From Tagaea sp. (GTDB lineage Bacteria; Pseudomonadota; Alphaproteobacteria; CACIAM-22H2), in contig CBDIIB010000004.1 of NCBI GenBank assembly GCA_965279525.1, forward strand, positions 32,001 through 96,000: 64,000 bases of DNA, written 5' to 3'. This document shows positions 56,573 through 64,000 of this stretch, piece after piece. Position numbers and translations under genes: made by a program. The first letter of the stretch is position 1. Every line of letters begins with the position of its first letter. The notes beneath the pieces were generated by a model. It had not been told where the DNA came from, searched no databases, and saw nothing but the letters and a program-made list of their open reading frames with translations.

Positions 56573-59500
56573 ATGCGCAATGGCTCGTCCCCGGCAGGCA
56601 AGAAAGCGGATGCGGATGCGAACGCAAGGAAGCGTTCGAAGATCATCCCGCACAACACGTCTTCCCATACGACGATCGTCGGAATCGGTGCGTCGGCTGG
56701 CGGACTCGATGCCTGCCGGAAGTTCGTCGGTGCCGTACCGGCGAAAAGCCAGATGGCGTTCATTCTCATACAGCATCTCGAGCCCACACATGAAAGCATG
56801 ATGGTCGATCTGCTTTCCGACCATACCTCGCTCGTCGTTCATCAGGCCATCGACGGCGCGGAAATCGAGCCCAACACCCTCTATGTGATTCCGCCGGGGA
56901 CGTATCTTTCGATCGTGCGGGACAGGTTGCAGGTGTCGCCGCCGGACGCCCGCCACGGCGCGCGCCTTCCGTTCGACTTCCTTCTCCACAGCATGGCTGA
57001 CCAACTCGGCGCGCGTGCGATCTGCGTCGTCCTTTCGGGAACCGGGGCGGATGGCAGCTTGGGCCTGCGTGCCGTCAAGGCGGCCGGCGGGCTCGTCGTG
57101 GCACAGGATCCCGACGAAGCGGGATATGGCGGCATGCCCCGAAGCGCCATCATGACCGGTGCCGTCGATCTGGTGCTTCCCGTCGCGAAGATCCCGCAGG
57201 CTCTCATCGACAAAGGCAACATGCGTGTCTCCCGGGGCGTCCGGACAGGCATGCGTCCGGCCACGGTCGGGCCGGACGATGTCGGCGAGGTCGTCGAGAT
57301 CCTGCGGACGATGACCACGCACGACTTCTCGCTCTACAAGACGGGCACGTTGCGTCGACGGATCGAGCGGCGCATGGCGATGGCACCCGTGGGTCCGGTA
57401 AACCTGCCGAAGTATCTCGAGATGCTCCGATCCGATGCGAGCGAGCGCGACATCCTCGCGAACGACCTGCTCATCAACGTCACCCAGTTTTTCCGCGATC
57501 CGGAAGTTTTCGACCTGCTGGCCAAGAATGTCGTTCCCGATCTCCTGCATGCGCACAAGTCCGGCCAGACCCTGCGCGTATGGATCGCAGGCTGCAGCAC
57601 GGGCGAGGAGGCATACTCTCTCGCGATGGTCTTCCGGGACGCGATCGCGGCGGCGCAAGCCAACATCAAGATCCAGATATTCGCATCGGATGTCGATTCC
57701 GGCGCGATCGCCCATGCACGGGAGGGGCTGTATTCCGACACGATCGAATCCGACGTAAGCGCCGACCGGCTTTCGCGCTTCTTCACCAAGGAAGATGACG
57801 GCTACAGGGTGCTGCCCGACCTCAGGTCGATGGTTGTCTTCACGGTCCAGGACCTGCTCGCGGACCCGCCGTTCTCGCGGCTCGATTTCGTATCGTGCCG
57901 GAACCTGCTGATCTATCTGAGCCCGGAGGCGCAGGCGAAGGTGATCGCGCTGTTCAACTTCGCCCTGGTCAAGGGTGGCATCCTCCTGCTGGGCGGTGCG
58001 GAGACCGTGCGCAACCCCGACGCGCGGTTCGAGGAGATATCAAAGACCGCCCGCATTTACCGGCATGTCGGCAATCGCGACGAACCCGGGATGAGTGCGG
58101 CTTCCGTCTTCTCGGAGAGCATCCGTGCTCCGGTCCGTCCGAAGGTCGGTCAGGCCCCGTCGCGGCAGTCGATGCTTGCCGAACTTTGCCGGCGACTGGT
58201 GCTGGATAGCTTTGCGCCGGCCGCCGTGCTCATCAACCGCAACCACGATTGCCTGTTCTCGCTCGGCCCCGTCGACCGTTATCTTCGTCTGGCTCAGGGA
58301 CCACCCACGCACGATCTGCTTTCGATGTTCCGGGAGGGGACGCGGGTCGTCCTCCGGGCGGCGATCGAGCGGACGTCACGGGAGAATATCCGCGTCGTGG
58401 TGCCGGGCGGCCGGATCGAAAGGGATGGTGTCGAGACCGCATTCAGCATTTCGGCGCAGTCCGTGGTCAGCGAAGGAGAGCAGCTTTTCCTGATCTGCTT
58501 CATCGACGCGCCGAAGAGCGCGCAGAAGCGGATGCCGACTGCGACGGAGGAGAACGGGTCGCGGACCGCCGAGCTGGAGCACGAACTCGAGTCGACCCGT
58601 CTCGAACTCCAGGGTGCGATCCGCAATCTCGAGATCTCGACGGAAGACCAGCGGGCGATCAATGAAGAAGCGCTGTCGGTCAACGAAGAATACCAGTCGA
58701 CCAACGAGGAGCTCTTGACCTCGAAAGAGGAACTCCAGTCGCTCAACGAGGAACTTATCGCGCTGAACGGGCAGCTGCAGGAGACGCTCGAACGCCAGAG
58801 GACGACATCGAGCGATCTGAAGAACGTTCTCTACAGCACCGACGTCGCGACGATCTTCCTCGATCGGGACTTGAATATCCGCCTCTTCACGCCGGCGACG
58901 CGCTCGCTGTTCAACGTCATCCCGGGCGACGTAGGGCGGCCGCTGGCCGACCTGCAGTCGCTCGCGTCGGATTCGAACCTTATGGCGGAAGCACAGTCGG
59001 TGCTGGAAAATCAGGTGCCCGCCGAGCGGGAAGTCGAAACGGCGAAGCGCGAATGGTTCGTGCGCAGGATCGTGCCCTATCGGTCGCACGACGACTCGGT
59101 TCTGGGCGTCGTCATAACGTTCAACAACGTCACCGACCGCAAGAATATCGCCCTGGCACTTGAAGCGGCGAAGCATCAGGCCGAGCAGGCGAACCTCGCG
59201 AAGTCGCGTTTTCTCGCCGCCGCGAGCCACGATCTGCGCCAGCCGCTGCAGACGCTTGCACTCGTCCAGGGCCTCCTCGCCAAGACCGTCGACGCGACGA
59301 AAGTCCAGAAGCTCGTGGTCCGCCTCGACGAGACACTCGGCGCGATGTCGGGGATGCTGAACACGCTGCTCGACATCAACCAGATCGAATCGGGCATCGT
59401 GCAGGCGGAGCTCACGAGCTTTCCGCTCGCGGAAATGCTTGCCCGGCTGAGGGACGAGTTCACCTACTATTCGGAAGCGCAGGACGTCTCGCTCCGGTTC

Positions 59501-60971
59501 GTTCCGTGCAGTCTTTCGGTTTCCAGCGATCGGTACCTGCTCGAGCAGATACTCCGCAATCTTCTGTCCAACGCGCTCAAGTATGCGAAAGGCGGCAAGG
59601 TTCTGGTCGGGTGCCGCCGAAGGGCCGGGAAGGTCGTGATCGAGGTCTGCGACAGCGGAATCGGCATTCCCGAATCCGAACTCGATGCGATTTTCGAGGA
59701 ATACCACCAGGTCGGCAACGTCGCCCGCGAGCGCAATCGGGGGCTGGGCCTCGGTCTGTCGATCGTCAGGCGCCTCGGAATTCTTCTGGGACACAAGATC
59801 GCCGTCCGGTCGAAGCTCGGACATGGATCGAAGTTCTCGATCGAGATTCCGGACCGTGTCGCCGTAACGCCTGCGACGCCGGAAGCATTGCGCGGCAAGC
59901 TCGACGGCGGTGCAACCCTCAAGCGGGCCGGAACGATCCTCGTCGTGGAGGACGACCCGGAAGTCCGCGAACTGATCGAGATGCTGCTCGTCGACGAGGG
60001 GCACCGTGTCGTCGCGGCACCGGACGGTATCGCCGCACTTGAACTCGTCCGGCGCGGAACGGTGCGGCCAGATCTGGTCCTGACCGACTACAATCTGCCC
60101 AACGAGGTCGACGGGCTGCAGGTCGTGATGCAGGTGCGCGAGAAGATCCAGAGACTGGTTCCGGCGGTCATCCTGACCGGGGACGTCACGACCGAGACGT
60201 TGCGCAAGATTTCGAGCCAGAACTGCGTCCATCTCGGCAAGCCGATCAAGGCGGCCGAGCTATCGGAGCTGCTCCAGCGTTTGTTGCCTGCCCGAAGACC
60301 TTCCGAGCCTTCCGTCAATCCGCAGGCAAAGGCGGGCGGAGGCCCGGACAGCATCGTGATCCACGTCGTCGACGACGACGATGGCGTGCGCGATGCGCTC
60401 TGCGACGTTCTCGAAGGGAACGGGCATGTCGTCCATCGCTATGCGACGGGCGAGACGTTCCTTGCCGAATACCGGCCGGCCGGGCGGGCAGGGATGCCTG
60501 CTGGTCGACGCCTATCTGCCGGGCATGAACGGTCTTGAACTTCTGCTGCATCTGCGGTCGATCGGCGATCCCCTGCCGTCCATCATGATCACGGGCAGCG
60601 GCGACGTGTCGATGGCCGTCGACGCGATGAAGGCCGGGGCCCTCGATTTCATCGAGAAGCCGATCGGTGCAAGGGAGCTATCGGACTGCGTCTCGCGCGC
60701 GCTCGATCTTTCGAAGAACTCCGGAATGCTGGCGGCGTGGAAGGCCAAGGCGGCCAAGCAGTTGTCCGGCCTCAGCGCCCGCCAGCGCCAGATCATGGAG
60801 ATGGTGCTTGCCGGACACCCGAGCAAGAACATCGCTGCCGATCTCGGCCTGAGCCAGCGCACGGTCGAGAATCACCGGGCCGCGATCATGCGCAAGACTG
60901 GCGCCAAGTCGTTGCCGGCATTGGCGCGGCTGGCGCTTGCCGCCGTCCACGGCGGCGCCGAAACCCCCTGA
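56573..60971 (+). pseudogene. CheB-CheR-PAS-histidine kinase-REC-REC-LuxR fusion, frameshifted at 60472-60483
   Basis: GASAGG (CheB), AGCSTGEE/CRNLLIY (CheR), ASHDLRQPL, GLGLGL, two REC domains; second REC continues in another frame into LSARQRQ..TVENHRA HTH. In-frame ORF ends 60538. Confidence 0.85.
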
Positions 60972-61088
60972 GTAGTTTCCGAAGCTTCCGACGGGTTGCG
61001 GGCACCCTCTAAGGTGCCGACATGTCTGGATTGTCTTCGGCGGGCGCCCGCCTGCCGACACGATCGCAGGAAGAGGGTCCACCCACGC

Positions 61089-61481
61089 ATGAAACGGTCA
61101 TCGGCAGCTGCCGCGATAGCATTCGCATGTTCGGTTTTTCTCGCCGGTCCGGCGTTCGCCCAGGGAGCGCCACAGGTCATCCTGATCGAGCGCGTCGACG
61201 TCCAGAAAATGTCCGCGGGGTACCGTGCGACGAAGATCGTCGGCAGTTCGGTCGTCAATGAGGCGAACGACAAGATCGGCGAGATCGAGGACCTTCTCGT
61301 CCAGGCGAGCGACAGGGTCCTCTACGCGGTCCTTTCGGTCGGCGGCTTCATCGGGATCGGCGAGCGGCTGGTCGTCGTGCCGTTCCAGGGCCTGCGGATC
61401 ACCGACGACAGGATCATGCTCCCGGGCGGCACCAAGGCGGCCCTGCTCGAACTCGCAGAATTCAAATATGCGGTCAAGTGA
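61089..61481 (+). CDS. PRC-barrel domain protein
   Basis: Signal peptide; RATKIVG..V.N..DKIGEIEDL..YAVLSVGGFIGIGE. Confidence 0.9.
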   Translation: MKRSSAAAAIAFACSVFLAGPAFAQGAPQVILIERVDVQKMSAGYRATKIVGSSVVNEANDKIGEIEDLLVQASDRVLYAVLSVGGFIGIGERLVVVPFQGLRITDDRIMLPGGTKAALLELAEFKYAVK

Positions 61482-63945
61482 CGCCGTCCTCGCCTGCCTG
61501 CTTGCCCTCGGCCTGCTTGGCGCAGGTACGGCGGCCGCCCAACCTGCCTGGCACCGGGAACGGATCGAAGCGGTCGACGGGGCACGTCGCGGGCAGACGG
61601 CACCCGCCCTCACGATTCTCGATCGGCTCCAGCGCGAGCATCCAGACGATATCGGGGTCCTATACGACCTGATCGTCGTGTCGGTCTGGGCGCGGCAGGA
61701 CGCGGAAGCGCTGCAGCTCTACGCGCGTCTGCCGCAAGGCGTGCCTGCGGACTATGTGCTCGAAGCCGTCGGCGTGGCGCTCCGGCGGACCGGCGATCCG
61801 GCGGCGGCACTGGCCCTCTATCGGCAGGCCCTGCGCCGATCGCCCGACAACCCCGAATTCCGCGCCGGCGAGATCCGCTCGCTCGCCGATCTTGGCGACA
61901 CGGCGCCGGCCCTCGCGATCGCGGACGCCGATCTGGCCGCACGCGGCGAGCATGGCGACGTGCTGCTGGCCGCGGCCTATGCGGCCTCGAAGAGCAAGCG
62001 CCCCGTCGTCGCGTTGGTGTATCTCGACCGGGCACTCCGTCTCGACCCGGCGAACCGCGAAGCCCGCCACGACCGGATCGTCGCGATCGACGAGATGGGT
62101 GCTCCGCAGGTGGCAAGGGCGCTCGCCGAGGCCGAGCCCGGGCTGCTGTCGGCCGCCGAGCTGCGGCGTGTCGAAGGCAACGAAGCGGCTGCCCTCGTGC
62201 GATGGGGCGTGCTCGAACCGCCGAGCGAAGAGCTGCGCTTCGCCGCCAGCGACCGGGCGATCGCGGCACTCGACGCGCTGATCGCGCGCTGGTCGCTTGA
62301 GGGCGAGGCGGCACAACCCGACATTCTGCGCGCGCGCTTCGACCGGATGGTGGCACTGCGCGACCGCGTGCGGATGGACGACGTGCTTGCCGAATATGCC
62401 GCCCTGACGCGCGAAGGCGCAGACCTGCCGGGGTTCGCGACTGTCGCGGCGGCGGACGCGCATCTCTACACGCGCCAGCCGGAGATCGCGCGCGACCTGT
62501 TCCGCCAAGGGCTCGCCGTCGATCCGCGCAACCCCGAGACGCGCCTTGCCCTGTTCTACGCCCTCGTCGAACTCGACGACTTCACGGCCGCCTACGACGA
62601 GGCCGACCGCGCCGCGTCCGACCAGGCGGTGTGGCTCTATCTGAAGGGGCTCACCGATCCCGTCCCGAACCCCGATCGCGCGACCGCCGATTTGACCGCA
62701 GCCAACGCACGCCTCTTTGCCGACGAGCTCGTCGAAGCCTATCGACGCATCTCCGCGATGGCCGAGGCCGCACCCAACAATTCCCGTTTCCGCACGGCAC
62801 TGGCGAATGTCTATGCCGCACGCGGTTGGCCGCGGCTGGCGGCACAGGAATATCAGGTCAGCCGCGCGCTGGTCCCGAGGAACGTGTCGAATGAGGTCGG
62901 CGAGGCAAGGAACCTGCTACAGCTTCGCGAGTACCGGTCGGCCGAGACGCGGGTCGCGGACCTGGTCCGCCGCTTTCCCGAGAATCTCGAAGTGCGGCGG
63001 CTTGCCCGTCTCTGGGACGTCCACAACATGGCCGATCTGCGGATCAACGCCGAGCGGGGGATCCGGTCCGCCACCAGCATCCAGGGCGGCTCCGGGCTGT
63101 CGCTGGGCGCGCAGGTCTATTCCTCGCCGTTCAGCTACAACTGGCGCATGTTCGCCGCCGCCGCAATGGTCAACGAAGGCCTGCCGGCAGGCGAGGGTGC
63201 GATAAATCTGCGCCGGTCGGCGCTGGGTTTCGAGTATCGCGATCCGTCGCTCGTCGCGAGTCTGGAAGGCACCCTCAGCGTCTATGGGCCTGAAAAGGGG
63301 AACACGCTGTGGAGCGGCATCGGCGGCGGACGGGCGGGCGCGCGCGCCCAGGCGACATGGAGCACCAGCGACAAGTGGCAGGTCGGCGGGACGGCCGAAA
63401 TTTTCGCGCGCGACACGCCCCTGCGCGCATTGCGCAACGGGATAACGGCCGATGCGGCATCGGCACGGATCGGCTATCGGGAAAGCGAATCTCGCCAGTA
63501 TGTGCTCGATATTTCCGGGATGACTTTCTCCGACGGAAATCGTCGCGCCGGCATCGGCGGGCGATACGTCGAGCGCCTGTGGACGTCGCCGAGGCTTGCC
63601 ATCGACGGAACTCTCGGCGTTGCCGGAACGCGCAATAGCGCCGACGCCAACAGGCCCTATTTCAACCCGAAGCAGGACGCGCTCGTCTCGTATGGCGTGG
63701 CGATCGTGCAACCGATCTACCGGCGTTACGAGTTCGTCTACGACCACCGCCTCGTCGTCACGCCGGGCATCTACTGGCAGCAGGGCTTCGGCAGCGGGAC
63801 GGCGTTCAACGTTCTCTACGAGCATCGCGTGCGCGCCAACGACGTATTCGAAGCCGGGCTCGGCCTCAGCTACGGCCGCCAGCCCTATGACGGCAATCTC
63901 GAAACCAACATGGCGGTTCTCTTCAACACAAGAATCAGGTTCTAG
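61468..63945 (+). CDS. pgaA: Poly-beta-1,6-GlcNAc export porin PgaA
   Basis: TPR N-terminus with ARFDRMVAL, beta-barrel with YFNP and PYDG, terminal F. Confidence 0.85.
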   Translation: MRSSDAVLACLLALGLLGAGTAAAQPAWHRERIEAVDGARRGQTAPALTILDRLQREHPDDIGVLYDLIVVSVWARQDAEALQLYARLPQGVPADYVLEAVGVALRRTGDPAAALALYRQALRRSPDNPEFRAGEIRSLADLGDTAPALAIADADLAARGEHGDVLLAAAYAASKSKRPVVALVYLDRALRLDPANREARHDRIVAIDEMGAPQVARALAEAEPGLLSAAELRRVEGNEAAALVRWGVLEPPSEELRFAASDRAIAALDALIARWSLEGEAAQPDILRARFDRMVALRDRVRMDDVLAEYAALTREGADLPGFATVAAADAHLYTRQPEIARDLFRQGLAVDPRNPETRLALFYALVELDDFTAAYDEADRAASDQAVWLYLKGLTDPVPNPDRATADLTAANARLFADELVEAYRRISAMAEAAPNNSRFRTALANVYAARGWPRLAAQEYQVSRALVPRNVSNEVGEARNLLQLREYRSAETRVADLVRRFPENLEVRRLARLWDVHNMADLRINAERGIRSATSIQGGSGLSLGAQVYSSPFSYNWRMFAAAAMVNEGLPAGEGAINLRRSALGFEYRDPSLVASLEGTLSVYGPEKGNTLWSGIGGGRAGARAQATWSTSDKWQVGGTAEIFARDTPLRALRNGITADAASARIGYRESESRQYVLDISGMTFSDGNRRAGIGGRYVERLWTSPRLAIDGTLGVAGTRNSADANRPYFNPKQDALVSYGVAIVQPIYRRYEFVYDHRLVVTPGIYWQQGFGSGTAFNVLYEHRVRANDVFEAGLGLSYGRQPYDGNLETNMAVLFNTRIRF

Positions 63946-63947
63946 CC

Positions 63948-64000
63948 ATGCGCGTCATGTCCACTCTGCTTGCGATTTTCCTCGCATATTCGGTTCCGAC
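63948..64000 (+). CDS. Start of next gene, positionally probably pgaB (truncated)
   Basis: ATG 2 nt after pgaA stop, signal-like MRVMSTLLAIFLAYSVP; identity inferred from position only. Confidence 0.4.
   Translation, partial: MRVMSTLLAIFLAYSVP

Overview
GC-rich alphaproteobacterial chromosome segment (inferred from a Caulobacter-style flagellar promoter and the gene content). After flgF and an ATC-hydrolase-like gene lies an intact tRNA-Pro(GGG) at 1373-1449. Its 3' half is repeated at 12016, 24547 and 30881, and in degenerate form at 52926. Each repeat is preceded by the same 73-74 bp motif-rich arm, and the tRNA plus the three intact repeats are each followed by one of two terminator hairpins. 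These sites delimit four tandem cargo units, and I can find no integrase in any of them. Unit 1 is sugar/sugar-acid oxidation. Unit 2 is an IclR-regulated HmgA/FAH catabolic cluster. Unit 3 is an orphan TPR-lipoprotein secretin with three paralogous 4-Cys secreted proteins. Unit 4 is a 13-gene Opp-linked catabolic operon plus a complete kdp operon. Beyond the last site are stress-type small genes, a CheB-CheR-kinase-REC-REC-LuxR fusion frameshifted in a (CCGG)3 tract, and pgaA. The best candidates for undescribed systems are the integrase-free tRNA-anchored cassette array and the stand-alone secretin module. All product calls come from motif recognition by eye; no database searches were run.
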